From a virus, in IMG/VR virus record IMGVR_UViG_3300013094_000025, positions 1-64,000 of that record: a stretch of DNA of 64,000 nt; one strand, written 5' to 3'. Numbering within the stretch: the first letter of the stretch is position 1; every line of letters begins with the position of its first letter. Under the pieces are notes generated by a model. That model had not been told where the DNA came from, did not search any database, and saw nothing but the letters and a program-made list of their open reading frames with translations. The position numbers and the translations under genes were made by a program. Below, in pieces: positions 30,370-40,456 of the stretch.

Positions 30370-32912
30370 GTGTATAGAAACGCATCTTATAATCCTAAAG
30401 ACGGTACAATATATCTTCGTACTTGGTCAGAAGACGGAGATAGAATAGATACGGAAATTCCGTTCTCCCCTTTCCTTTATACAGAAAAAGATGGTGCCGA
30501 GGACGGAATATCTATTTTTAAGACTCCTTTAAGAAAGCATACTTTTCGTAATTCGTTTGAACGTAATAGATTTGTTGATGATACAAAAAACGGTCGTCTA
30601 TTTGGTAATCTACCAGTAGATCAGCAATTTCTTATTGAGATGTTTAACGCTGAAGTAGATAAAGTTGAGTTTAGTAAGCATCCGCTAAAGGTTTACTTCA
30701 TTGATATTGAGACGTATTCCCCGAATGAATTTCCTATTCCGAAGATCGCCAAAGACCCTGTAACTCTTATTACGATTCTTGATACTATTACGGGTAAGAT
30801 TCATACCTGGGGATTAAAGAACGATTATAAACCTACTTTAGATAATGTTACATATTATAAGTGTAAAGATGAGAGTGATCTATTTGAAAGATTTGTAAAT
30901 TTCTGGAAAAAAGATCCGCCAGATATTCTTACTGGATGGAATACAGAACAGTTTGACGTTCCGTATATTATTAATCGTGCGAAGAACCTTTTAGGTGAAG
31001 AATTCATTAAACAACTATCACCTGTAGGTCAAGTAACATATAGAGAAAGCTTTCAAAAGTTCGGTAAGGATATTGGTCGTTGGTATATTGCCGGGGTTAG
31101 TTGCTTAGATTACATGGAAATTTATAAGACGTATTCAAAAGGAGATAGAGAGTCTTATTCTTTGAATTATATTGCTGAATATGAACTTAACGAAGGTAAA
31201 TTAGCTATCAATGCTACTAATCTTTCTACTCTTGCTGATACTGATTGGAATAACTTTGTTGATTATAATATTCAGGACGTAGATCTCCTTCGTAAGCTTG
31301 AAGATAAACTTAACTATCTAAAGATTATTCGTTTGCTTGCGTACAAAGGATGTACAAACTTCGAAAGAGCTTTAGGAAAGGTATCGATTGTAACTGGTGC
31401 AATGTCGCTACAAGCTCGTAAACAAGGCTTTGTTATTCCTACGTTTAAGAATGAAACTACACGAGAAGCGTTAGAAGGCGGTTACGTGAGAGAGCCCGTT
31501 AGAGGCCTTAAAGACGCTATTGTAAGTTTTGACGTTAACTCCCTATACCCTAATACAATTATTACTCTGAATATCTCTTCAGAAACTAAGCTAGGTAGAA
31601 TTGTTACCGGAGATGTAGAGGTAGATAAAGAGATTGAAATTAAGCTCGTTAACGGAGGTATGTTTAAAATCGCAGTTAGTAAGCTAAAAGATTTCCTTAA
31701 GAAGGAAAACGTAGCTTTATCAAAAGCCGGTGTACTCTATTCTCAGAAGTTTAAAGGGGTTTGTCCTAATTTGATTAATAGTATTTACGACGAGCGTGTT
31801 TATGCTCGTAAGCAGATGATTGATCTTAAGAAGTCTAAAAAGAAAGATAAAGAAACTACAGCTGCTATTCAATACTTCGATACTCTACAATATACCTTAA
31901 AGATTCTTTTGAACTCTATCTACGGAACGTTTGCTAATAAGCATTCAGCGTTTATGGATATTGATAATGCTTCGTCAATTACCTTAACTGGCCAAGCTGT
32001 AGCAAAAGCGGGCGGTAACATTATTAACGAATATGCTAAGAATATCTTTAAAGTAAACGAGTCGTTGATTCTAAGCGGTGATACAGATTCTCTTTATATT
32101 ACCATTCAACCTATTTTAGATAAGCTTAATATACCCTTAACTATTGACGGTATTATTAATCCTAAGGTTCACACTATTGTTGATTCGATTGATAAACATC
32201 TCGGTGAAAAGATTCTTGATTGGGCTCGGGAAGAACTTAATTCGGCTGACCCTCGATTTGTCTTTAAAAGAGAAGCTATTGCTGACGTTGGTACCTTCTT
32301 AATGAAAAAGAGATATATTCTTCATATTTTAGATGATGAAGGTGTAGCAACAAATAAGTTTAAGTATGTAGGAGTAGAATTAGCACGATCAACGACTCCA
32401 AAACAGGTTAAAGCTATTATTCAAAAAACCATTGAGACGGCTTTCCTTACTAAAGATGTTAAAAAAACAAACGAAGTATTTAGAGAAGCTTATGACTTGT
32501 TTAGAAATCTTGATGTATCTGAAGCGTCCTTTAGAAGATCAGTAAAAGAACCAGACAAGTATTCAGCTGGAGCATCCTTAAACAAGTTTAATAAAGGTAC
32601 TCCTTGTCACGTTAAAGCGGCTCTAGCTTATAATATGCTTTTAGAAAAGATGAATTTACAAAACAAGTATGAGCTAATTCGTTCTGGTCAAAAGTAAAAT
32701 ATTTTTATGCCTCTAAAAACGTATATGGTTTAGATGCTTTAGCTTTTGTAAGTGAATTTCCAAAAGAGTTTAAAGATATTAAAATTGATTACGATAAGAT
32801 GTTCGGTAAGATTGTAACACCTCCTATTGAAGCTGTTTACGAAGCTATTGGATGGTATTTACCTATTATTGGTAAAGAAGTACAAACAGATTTATTCGAA
32901 CTCTTCTCTTGA
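30370..32912 (+). CDS. family B DNA polymerase, gp43-like; -1 frame break near 32690-32694
   Basis: DIETYS, GWN..FD.PY, YNIQDV, DVNSLYP, KILLNSIYG and GDTDS motifs. The ORF stops at 32697, but the frame starting at 32694 continues VKYFYA...IDYDKMF...DLFELFS to TGA at 32912. Confidence 0.92.
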
Positions 32913-32936
32913 TTAAGAAAAAATAGTATCGATAAT
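32909..32936 (+). promoter_or_regulatory. sigma70-like promoter for heme oxygenase/bilin reductase (leaderless)
   Basis: TTGATT-N16-GATAAT, then 6 nt to ATG 32943. Confidence 0.55.
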
Positions 32937-32942
32937 TTTTAT

Positions 32943-33509
32943 ATGAGCGAACTACAAACACGTCTAAAAGAGGAAACATCAGATCTTCATAGTAAATCCG
33001 AACAGCATCCATTGATGCAATCATTTGTAGATGGTTCTTTTAAGAAAGAGCATCTTCTAGATCTTTTAATAAATCTTCTTCCTATCTATCAAGTTGTTGA
33101 ACAGCGCCTTCTTTCTAAAGAAATTCTAGATAATCCTGATCTTAAAAGAAGTACACAAATTCAAAAAGATATTGATAAGCTTATTTTAGATACAAGTATT
33201 ACGACACTTAAGGTTAGAGATATAACTGAAAAGTGGGTATCTTCTTCTTGGCAAAAATCCCTTTATGCTTTAAAAGCTGATCTCTACCTTCGTTGGTTAG
33301 CTGATTTTTATGGAGGCAGGATTCTTGCTAAGTCTCAAGCCCCTTATAACGAAACATATAATGCAAAAGATCCTGGAGCTGTAATTACTACAGTTAGGTA
33401 TCTCTTAACTAAAGATACACCAGATTTATATAATGATAGTATTGTACTAGAAACAAAATCTTTCTTTCACTTTCATATAAATCTATTTGAAGAAATATGG
33501 AATCACTAA
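32943..33509 (+). CDS. heme oxygenase (Ho1/HemO-like)
   Basis: LKEETSDLHSKSE proximal His helix; YLRWLADFYGGRIL distal helix. Confidence 0.82.
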   Translation: MSELQTRLKEETSDLHSKSEQHPLMQSFVDGSFKKEHLLDLLINLLPIYQVVEQRLLSKEILDNPDLKRSTQIQKDIDKLILDTSITTLKVRDITEKWVSSSWQKSLYALKADLYLRWLADFYGGRILAKSQAPYNETYNAKDPGAVITTVRYLLTKDTPDLYNDSIVLETKSFFHFHINLFEEIWNH

Positions 33510-34132
33510 GAAGATATTTTGATATTTTAACACAAGAGTTTACTAGTGCATTTGGTTATCCGGATCGTCCAGAATTAGATAACCCAAATGGTGTTTGGTA
33601 TAATAATGTATATAAGAGTCCTATTTTTAGACACATTCATTTACAATATTATAAAACAAATAAAATCGGTATTGTTCATGCTAATGTATTTCCTAGCGCA
33701 ACAGTAGATTTTCCTATATTAGGTGTAGACTTTATTGAAATAGGAAGTAAAGTTACAGGTTTCTTTTTTGATATTACACCGATTAACGCTAATCAAATTG
33801 TTCAAAAGAGTTTAATTAAATTTAAAAATGTAATTACATCTCCAGAAAGAAAACTCCCTGAATGGGCAAATTTCTTTAGTGAAAACTTTATTTGTGTAAC
33901 ACCTAATGAAGAAGAATTACTTTTACTTTTTACACACTCTTTAGCAATTATTAGAGAATATTTAGATTATTCTAAAACTTATAAAGATAGATATACTTTA
34001 AATGTTGAAAAGCAAAATGACTATTGTAAAGGTCAAAAGAAAAACGAAAAAACCTTTAAAGCTTTAGCAATTGATGTAGGGGAAGATAATGCTAAAAAAT
34101 TTATTAACAATTTTATGTTTCCTGAGCTTTAA
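33497..34132 (+). CDS. ferredoxin-dependent bilin reductase (PcyA/PcyX family)
   Basis: FRHIHL, VHANVFP, PILGVDF, FDITP, RKLPEWANFFS and QNDYCKGQKKNEKT; overlaps the heme oxygenase gene. Confidence 0.82.
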   Translation: MESLRRYFDILTQEFTSAFGYPDRPELDNPNGVWYNNVYKSPIFRHIHLQYYKTNKIGIVHANVFPSATVDFPILGVDFIEIGSKVTGFFFDITPINANQIVQKSLIKFKNVITSPERKLPEWANFFSENFICVTPNEEELLLLFTHSLAIIREYLDYSKTYKDRYTLNVEKQNDYCKGQKKNEKTFKALAIDVGEDNAKKFINNFMFPEL

Positions 34133-34334
34133 TCTCTTTAACAAACAATTGAATAATTTCAGCCCCTTTAAATTTTAAAAGACGTTCATTAGTTATATTA
34201 AAATGTTCAAGAGCTTTTTGTATACAGTCACTTTTAGTAGCTGAGGCTGTTTTCCATAGATATACCGGACCCACTTTTATTACATGGACTATTCTTTTAT
34301 GAATAAAATACTTGACATTTGTAGAATTTGACAT
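34113..34334 (-). CDS. small hypothetical protein
   Basis: Fills the gap between the bilin reductase and the DpdA-like gene; likely start MSNSTNV; TAAATA upstream on the minus strand. Confidence 0.4.
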   Translation of the reverse strand: MSNSTNVKYFIHKRIVHVIKVGPVYLWKTASATKSDCIQKALEHFNITNERLLKFKGAEIIQLFVKEIKAQET

Positions 34335-34352
34335 TATTATTGTACAATATTT

Positions 34353-35204
34353 ATGCTTATTAGCCACGAAACACCTATTAGTCTTCTAGATACCTCTAGA
34401 GGCTACAATGATTATGATTATTGTCTAGTACATTTACTACCTGAACAGTCGGAATATCTTAAATTTTATAAGGATTCCGTCGAAATGGGTAGACACGTAT
34501 TACTTGATAATAGTATTTTTGAACTTGGAGAAGCTTATGATTCAAAAGAATTTGCTTATTGGATTAATGAATTGAAACCTACTGAGTTTATTATACCTGA
34601 CGTTCTTGAAAGCACAGAAGGAACTATTGAAAGCTTTAAGAAGTTTACTAGCGAATATAGAAACCTTCCGAGTAGAAGTATCGGTGTAGTTCAAGGTAAG
34701 ACATATAAAGAAATTGTTGAATGTTATAATTTCTTGTGCAAGTATGTAACTAAGATTGCTATTTCTTTTGATTATTCGTTTTATCTTAATGAATGGCCTA
34801 CTTTAGAATCGTTTGAAAAAGAATTAGGAGTATTACCTGAATGGATAAAGGGACTCGAATTTAATAAGTGGGTAAGATATTCCTTAGGTAGAGTAGCTTT
34901 ACTTCATAGACTTAGTGCTAAGGATAACTATTTTGATTATAGAAAGGGTCATCATCTACTAGGATGTGCTACCCCTTGGGAGTTTAAACTCTATAACAAG
35001 ACGCCGTATAAGATGTGTATTGAATCAATAGATACTTCTAATCCTATTGTAGCAGCTATTCTTCATAAGAAGTATAATCCTGTTTATGGGCTACATGAAA
35101 AGTGGTCAGTAAAACTAGTTGACTATATTGGCGCTAATATAACTCGAGAACAGCTCGAATTAGCTTTTTATAATACGTCCCTATTTAGAAAATTCTGTTC
35201 ATGA
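34353..35204 (+). CDS. TGT-fold 7-deazaguanine insertion enzyme, DpdA(3)-like
   Basis: VLLDNSIFELG, IIPDV, GVVQG, HHLLG and SIDTSNP parallel TGT barrel motifs; heads a run with a formyltransferase, a kinase and queF. Confidence 0.7.
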   Translation: MLISHETPISLLDTSRGYNDYDYCLVHLLPEQSEYLKFYKDSVEMGRHVLLDNSIFELGEAYDSKEFAYWINELKPTEFIIPDVLESTEGTIESFKKFTSEYRNLPSRSIGVVQGKTYKEIVECYNFLCKYVTKIAISFDYSFYLNEWPTLESFEKELGVLPEWIKGLEFNKWVRYSLGRVALLHRLSAKDNYFDYRKGHHLLGCATPWEFKLYNKTPYKMCIESIDTSNPIVAAILHKKYNPVYGLHEKWSVKLVDYIGANITREQLELAFYNTSLFRKFCS

Positions 35205-35722
35205 GAAAATGGGTAACGTTTTTTAGTCAGACAGGTTCTGAAATTTATAAGCTTTCAAATAGACTCGGAAGAAATCCGGATATTATTGTAACAAATAGTA
35301 CAAAGATTAGGCCTGAAGTTGTTGATAAGTTTGGAGATAGTATTGTTTACGTAGGTCCAAAGCCTACAGTAGAAGATTATCTTAGGTTTATACCCGTTAA
35401 TAGTTTAGTTACTCTTCACGGATGGCTTAGAATAGTGCCTGAAGAAGTATGTGATAGGTACGAGATTTATAATCTTCATCCAGCTAACCTGTTTCATAAC
35501 CCTGAATTGAAAGGTAAAGATCCTCAAAAGATGGCCTATAAACAGAAACTAATATTTTCCGGTAATACTATTCATCGCTGTACAGCCGAATTAGATTCCG
35601 GAGAGATACTTGAACATAGTTATACTTCTATTGAAGGCTTAACGTTAGATGAAATTATTGCAACATTACATGAAGATGCTACAAATTTGTGGTATAGATT
35701 TTTAAAAAAGCATTTACAATAA
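35201..35722 (+). CDS. PurN-like formyltransferase, candidate preQ1 formyltransferase (DpdN-like)
   Basis: FFSQTGS, LHGWLRIV, YNLHP and GNTIHR..ELDSGEI motifs. Confidence 0.8.
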   Translation: MRKWVTFFSQTGSEIYKLSNRLGRNPDIIVTNSTKIRPEVVDKFGDSIVYVGPKPTVEDYLRFIPVNSLVTLHGWLRIVPEEVCDRYEIYNLHPANLFHNPELKGKDPQKMAYKQKLIFSGNTIHRCTAELDSGEILEHSYTSIEGLTLDEIIATLHEDATNLWYRFLKKHLQ

Positions 35723-35726
35723 ACGA

Positions 35727-36284
35727 ATGAAAATTGCTATTTCAGGTGCTCATAGTCAAGGTAAAACTACTCTTGTAAAGTGGTTGCAGGATATAAATGT
35801 TTTAACTGATTATAAGTTTAGAACTTCTTTAACGAGAGGAATGCAGAAAGCGGGGTATAATATTAATGAAGATGGGGATGAGGTAACTCAATTAGCTATT
35901 ATGGCTAAGCATTTTCAGCGACTTAGTGAAGTAGGGAATATAATTTATGATCGTTGTGCTTTAGATGGTTATGCCTATTCTATGTCTTTAGTAAAAGATC
36001 TTAAAGTTTTAGATATTATTAGAGATATGTTTTTATTAATGGTGGATAGATATGATATTATTTTTTATGTTGAGCCGGAGTTAGATCTTATAGAAGATGG
36101 TCAAAGGACAGTAAATAAAGATTTTTTTGATAGTGTAGTGCAATCTTTTGATTGTATTATTAAATCATATGCAATACCTGTTGTAAGGCTTAGCGGTTCT
36201 GTAGAAGAACGTGCTAGACAATTCTTTGTAGCTTTACAGGATAAAGAGGTAGAAAAACACAACAACGAATTTTACGAATTATGA
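35727..36284 (+). CDS. P-loop nucleotide kinase (dNMP kinase-like, AAA_28 type)
   Basis: MKIAISGAHSQGKTT, IIYDRCALD and LSGSVEER motifs. Confidence 0.8.
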   Translation: MKIAISGAHSQGKTTLVKWLQDINVLTDYKFRTSLTRGMQKAGYNINEDGDEVTQLAIMAKHFQRLSEVGNIIYDRCALDGYAYSMSLVKDLKVLDIIRDMFLLMVDRYDIIFYVEPELDLIEDGQRTVNKDFFDSVVQSFDCIIKSYAIPVVRLSGSVEERARQFFVALQDKEVEKHNNEFYEL

Positions 36285-37192
36285 GTACAACTAACATGAA
36301 TGACATTGCATCGAAGTCTTTAGGATCTTCGGCTTCGTATGCAGTATATACCGATACGTTTGATCCTACGCTTCTTAACCCGATGCCTCGATCCCTAGCT
36401 CGAGATGATTGGGGTATTAAAGCTGGAAGCTTTGTAGGATTTGATACATGGCATTGTCATGAAGCTACATTCCTTCTTAATAGTGGAGTGCCCGTAGCAG
36501 GTACACTAAAGTATGTTTATTCTTGTGACTCTGAGTTTATGGTAGAGTCAAAGTCTGCTAAGCTTTATTGTAACTCGTTTGATATGTGCAAGATGGGTGA
36601 GAATTATTCTCAGGCAATTGCTAATTATGAGAATCAAATTAAAACAGATCTCGAAAATATTCTTAAGACACCAGTATCAGTTAAGTTTTTCCGTTCAGGA
36701 TCTGATAATAATGCTGTAGACTCTGTTCCTGATTATGTTGATCTTACAGATAAGATTCATTTTAGCACTGAGATTACTGATTATGCTTCTAAGGAGGAGC
36801 ATTTAAAGTTTTATTCACTTGAAGATGGTAACGAAATTGTAGAATGTAAATATTTTACTAATGCGTTGAGGTCTCGTTGCCGTCATACAAAGCAGAAAGA
36901 TACAGGTACGGCTTATATTCATATTATTACAAAGGGATGTGAAGTAAATCCGGTATCACTCTTTAAGCAAATTGTATCGTTACGAGAAGTTAACGAGTTC
37001 CATGAATTCTGTGCTGAAAAGCTTTATACAAGTATTAAGAGTCATCCAGCAGTAATTGATTGTGCTGTAACTCTTCTTTATGCTCGTCGAGGATCGCTTG
37101 ATATTAACCCGACAAGGGCTAGTCGAGCTGATCTTCTTCCATCTGTTCTTATTAATTCAAATGTCTATACAAAAAAGGCAATGGGTCAATAA
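36281..37192 (+). CDS. queF: NADPH-dependent preQ0 reductase, bimodular type
   Basis: GFDTW..HE, VESKSAKLY.NSF, SRC..T.Q.D.G, EFHEFC and YARRGSLDINP motifs. Confidence 0.88.
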   Translation: MSTTNMNDIASKSLGSSASYAVYTDTFDPTLLNPMPRSLARDDWGIKAGSFVGFDTWHCHEATFLLNSGVPVAGTLKYVYSCDSEFMVESKSAKLYCNSFDMCKMGENYSQAIANYENQIKTDLENILKTPVSVKFFRSGSDNNAVDSVPDYVDLTDKIHFSTEITDYASKEEHLKFYSLEDGNEIVECKYFTNALRSRCRHTKQKDTGTAYIHIITKGCEVNPVSLFKQIVSLREVNEFHEFCAEKLYTSIKSHPAVIDCAVTLLYARRGSLDINPTRASRADLLPSVLINSNVYTKKAMGQ

Positions 37193-37239
37193 GATTCACA
37201 CTAGCACAAAACACAAAACTAATATAATATATTAACGAT

Positions 37240-37623
37240 ATGAGCGAAACAACAAACAAAATCACAATCTTCTTTGACTCTGTAGGACGTACAATCCTCG
37301 GAGAACGAGTTGACGAAGCAACAACAGATACAGTTCTTTCTATTAAGAACCCAGCAGTTGTCCACATTATGCCTAACCAGCAGACAGGACAGCTTACTCT
37401 TCAGATCCTTCCTCTCTTCTTCAGAGAGTTCTTGGCTGATAAGACCGAAGCTACAACTTGGAAGTATAACCGTTCACTCATTACTGAGTGCAATGATATT
37501 GCTTTTGACTTTAAGCTTCAGGCTCAGTACCAGCAGATCTTCAATCCTAGTCCAATTATCACTCCAGGAGGTGTCACACCAGCCGATAAGACTGACGTAG
37601 TCCGTCTTTTTGACGAAGAATAA
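37240..37623 (+). CDS. hypothetical protein
   Basis: 127 aa ORF with codon usage like the highly expressed core genes; upstream of uvsX. Confidence 0.7.
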   Translation: MSETTNKITIFFDSVGRTILGERVDEATTDTVLSIKNPAVVHIMPNQQTGQLTLQILPLFFREFLADKTEATTWKYNRSLITECNDIAFDFKLQAQYQQIFNPSPIITPGGVTPADKTDVVRLFDEE

Positions 37624-37658
37624 TTGGATTTAATAGAAGCAGCATCTAATATTGTCGT

Positions 37659-38756
37659 ATGGCTAAAAACGAACTCTCTCATTTAAAAGATATTTTTAAA
37701 TCTGTCGATGACTTAAACCCAGACGCTGCAGTATTAGATGCTGCTACTCTATCAACAGCAGATGATTGGATTGATACAGGATCATATGCTTTAAACGCAA
37801 TTATTTCAGGGTCTCTTTATAAGGGAATTCCTGGAGGTCGTATTACAGGTTTTGCCGGTCCTTCTATGGCTGGTAAGACTCTTATTATGAGTAAGATTAT
37901 GGCTAATGCTCAAAAGAAAGGCTATATACCTGTTATTTGGGATTCTGAGGTAGCCGTAGATAAGAAGAGTGCTGAAGGCGCTGGTATGGATTCAGCTCGT
38001 GTTAAGTATTATCCGGTAGAGACAATTGAAGATTGTCGTAATCAAATGTCTGCTTTCCTTGATAATGTTATCAAAGCAGATAATCCTGATCTTAAGTTTA
38101 TTGTTGCTATCGATTCCCTCGGTAATCTAGCAAGTGCTAAAGAGATTAAGGATGCTACAGCAGGTAAAGACTCTGCTGATGTCGGTCAACGCGCTAAGGC
38201 AATTAAGTCTATGATGCGCACACTTACCTATAAGGCTGCTAAGGCTAAGGTACCAATTTTGTTTAGTAACCATATTTATGAAGGAATGGAAATGTTTCCT
38301 ACTCTTGTTAAAACTCAGAGTGGTGGTAAGGGGCCGATTTATCTTGCTTCGGTTCTTGTACAACTTAGCACGAAGAACGAGAAAAGCAGTGACAATCCTA
38401 ATGAACAATCTGTGGCTATTGCTCATAATATTTCAGGTGTTACGTTAGGAGCAATGACAGTAAAGAATCGATTTGTACCTTCTTATCTCAAGACTGAACT
38501 TTATTTAAACTTTAAGTCAGGGCTTGATAAGCATGCAGGTCTTTTTGAAATTGCTGAAGCCTTTAAGGTTATTGAAAAGCCAGGACGTACAGTAATGTAT
38601 AAAGGTGAGAGTCTTGGTTACAGAAAAGATCTTGAAAAAGATCCTAAATTCTGGGAAAAGATTATGCCAGAGCTAGAGAAGGTTCTTCAAGAACAACTTT
38701 GCTATGGTACAGGGGATTCAGTTGATATTGAAGAAGAAGTCGATAATATCGAATAA
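37659..38756 (+). CDS. uvsX: RecA-like recombinase UvsX
   Basis: DTGSYALNA, GPSMAGKT, IDSLGNL, SGGKG and KNRF motifs. Confidence 0.92.
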   Translation: MAKNELSHLKDIFKSVDDLNPDAAVLDAATLSTADDWIDTGSYALNAIISGSLYKGIPGGRITGFAGPSMAGKTLIMSKIMANAQKKGYIPVIWDSEVAVDKKSAEGAGMDSARVKYYPVETIEDCRNQMSAFLDNVIKADNPDLKFIVAIDSLGNLASAKEIKDATAGKDSADVGQRAKAIKSMMRTLTYKAAKAKVPILFSNHIYEGMEMFPTLVKTQSGGKGPIYLASVLVQLSTKNEKSSDNPNEQSVAIAHNISGVTLGAMTVKNRFVPSYLKTELYLNFKSGLDKHAGLFEIAEAFKVIEKPGRTVMYKGESLGYRKDLEKDPKFWEKIMPELEKVLQEQLCYGTGDSVDIEEEVDNIE

Positions 38757-40105
38757 TGTCTGCTCCCACTCCTGGTAAGCTAGATCTCGATTATTACGAG
38801 AACATTATTCTTTTTAATTCTCTTCTTAGTCAAGAATATCTAGCTTCAATTATTGATCATGCTGATCCTACTTACTTTAATGATAAAAGTATTCAAACAG
38901 TTTTTAAGTGCATTATATCGTTCTTTACTGAACGTGGAACAGTGCCTACAGCTACTGAAATTAAATCCAGACTCTCAACAGACGAAGAGAGACGATCATT
39001 TAATGAAGTAGTAACTCGCTTTAAAGAACTAGATACAAAGTTTAATAAAGAGGAGCTTCTTAATAATACAGAGAGGTTTCTAAAAGAAAGATGTTTGTAT
39101 AAAACTATTGTTGATACTGCAGAAAAGTACTCTGAAGGTAAAGCAGATCCTGCTGAGATATTAAAGGAGTTTGAAAAAGCTTATAATATTAATCTTAGTG
39201 AGGATATGGGTCATTGGTACTTTGAAGAAGTAGATGAGCATATTAAAGAACTTACTAAAGTATATAATGCTATTCCTACAGGATGGAAATTCTTAGATGA
39301 GAAAATTGAAGGTGGTTTATTTCCAAAGTCTCTTTATTGCCTAGTAGGTCAAGTTAATATTGGTAAGAGTATTTTCCTTGGTAATATTGCTGCTAATATG
39401 GTAATGAAGAATAGAAATACTCTTCTTATATCTTTGGAAATGTCTGAGTTTATGTACGCTAAACGTATTAGTGCTCAGCTTACCCAGATTCCTCATCATA
39501 GTCTTAAGTTGTATACCGATGAACTTAAAGATCAAGTTAAGCATATTGAACGACAGTTAGAGAGTAAGCTTATTATTAAAGAATACGCTCCAAAGACAGT
39601 AACAGTAAGAAATATCGATGCTTATATAACAAAACTAGCTCACAAAGGGTTTAAACCTGAAGTAGTTGTTATTGATTATATTAATCTTCTAAAGCCAACA
39701 TCTAAGAATCTTAATTCGTACGAGTCTGTAAAAGAAATAGCAGAACAACTAAGAGCAATGTCATTTAAGTATAATATACCTATTGTTACAGCTTCTCAGC
39801 TTAATCGTGGAGCGTTTAATACAGCCAGTCCAGGTATGGAAGGTATTTCAGAATCTATTGGATTAGCAGCAACTTGTGACGTAATTTGTTCTTTGTGGCA
39901 AGAAGATGAAGATAAAGAATTAGGTATTATTAATCTCGGTATGCAAAAGAATAGATTTGGAGCTAACTTTGGTAGCTGCGCTTTTAAGGTTAAGTACGAA
40001 ACTTTAACTCTTAACGAGGTTAGTGCTGATCACTTTACTACTGAAACTCCTCAACAGGCTGTTAGTGATGCTCAAAGTGCCTTACAAAGTTTATCTGAGC
40101 CTTGA
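38756..40105 (+). CDS. replicative helicase, gp41/DnaB-like
   Basis: NIGKS, ISLEMSE, IDYINL, TASQLNR, SESIG and KNRFG motifs. Confidence 0.93.
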   Translation: MSAPTPGKLDLDYYENIILFNSLLSQEYLASIIDHADPTYFNDKSIQTVFKCIISFFTERGTVPTATEIKSRLSTDEERRSFNEVVTRFKELDTKFNKEELLNNTERFLKERCLYKTIVDTAEKYSEGKADPAEILKEFEKAYNINLSEDMGHWYFEEVDEHIKELTKVYNAIPTGWKFLDEKIEGGLFPKSLYCLVGQVNIGKSIFLGNIAANMVMKNRNTLLISLEMSEFMYAKRISAQLTQIPHHSLKLYTDELKDQVKHIERQLESKLIIKEYAPKTVTVRNIDAYITKLAHKGFKPEVVVIDYINLLKPTSKNLNSYESVKEIAEQLRAMSFKYNIPIVTASQLNRGAFNTASPGMEGISESIGLAATCDVICSLWQEDEDKELGIINLGMQKNRFGANFGSCAFKVKYETLTLNEVSADHFTTETPQQAVSDAQSALQSLSEP

Positions 40106-40141
40106 TAAATGTAACAATATGTAGTAAATAAAGCTACATAT

Positions 40142-40456
40142 ATGTTTAATGAAAAGGTATTAGACGATTTCTTATCTAAGAATGACCCTTTAAAGCAAAT
40201 TTGTACAAAAGAGTTTATACTCGGTGTATTTAAATTTGGTTCCTTTTTATCTATTTTACATAATAAAAGACTAAATCCTTCAGCAGTATTTGTTCTTATA
40301 TTAGAAAGTAAAGAGATAAGAGATTTATTCGTAGATGTCACTCACTCAGAAAACGCTAAAGAAGCCTTACTTGGCCTCTTGCAACTTTACCCGCCGCTAC
40401 TAAAATCAAAGAATACTAAACGACTATTCAAGAAATCAATATCCGGCAAAAAGTGA
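40142..40456 (+). CDS. hypothetical protein
   Basis: 104 aa ORF within the replication cluster. Confidence 0.6.
   Translation: MFNEKVLDDFLSKNDPLKQICTKEFILGVFKFGSFLSILHNKRLNPSAVFVLILESKEIRDLFVDVTHSENAKEALLGLLQLYPPLLKSKNTKRLFKKSISGKK

Noticed and set aside
32068-32097. Polymerase motif C reads SGDTDS rather than YGDTDS, as a possible adaptation to modified bases
   Set aside because: This position varies among T4-like gp43 proteins (T4 itself lacks the Tyr), so it is not diagnostic.
32943-34132. Cyanophage identity inferred from the bilin genes
   Set aside because: No psbA, hli, cpeT or petF in the window, and such pairs also occur in non-cyanobacterial phages; the host cannot be assigned from this.
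35201-35722. Purine-biosynthesis auxiliary gene purN
   Set aside because: No other pur genes are present, and it is coupled to DpdA-like and queF genes, which better fits base formylation.
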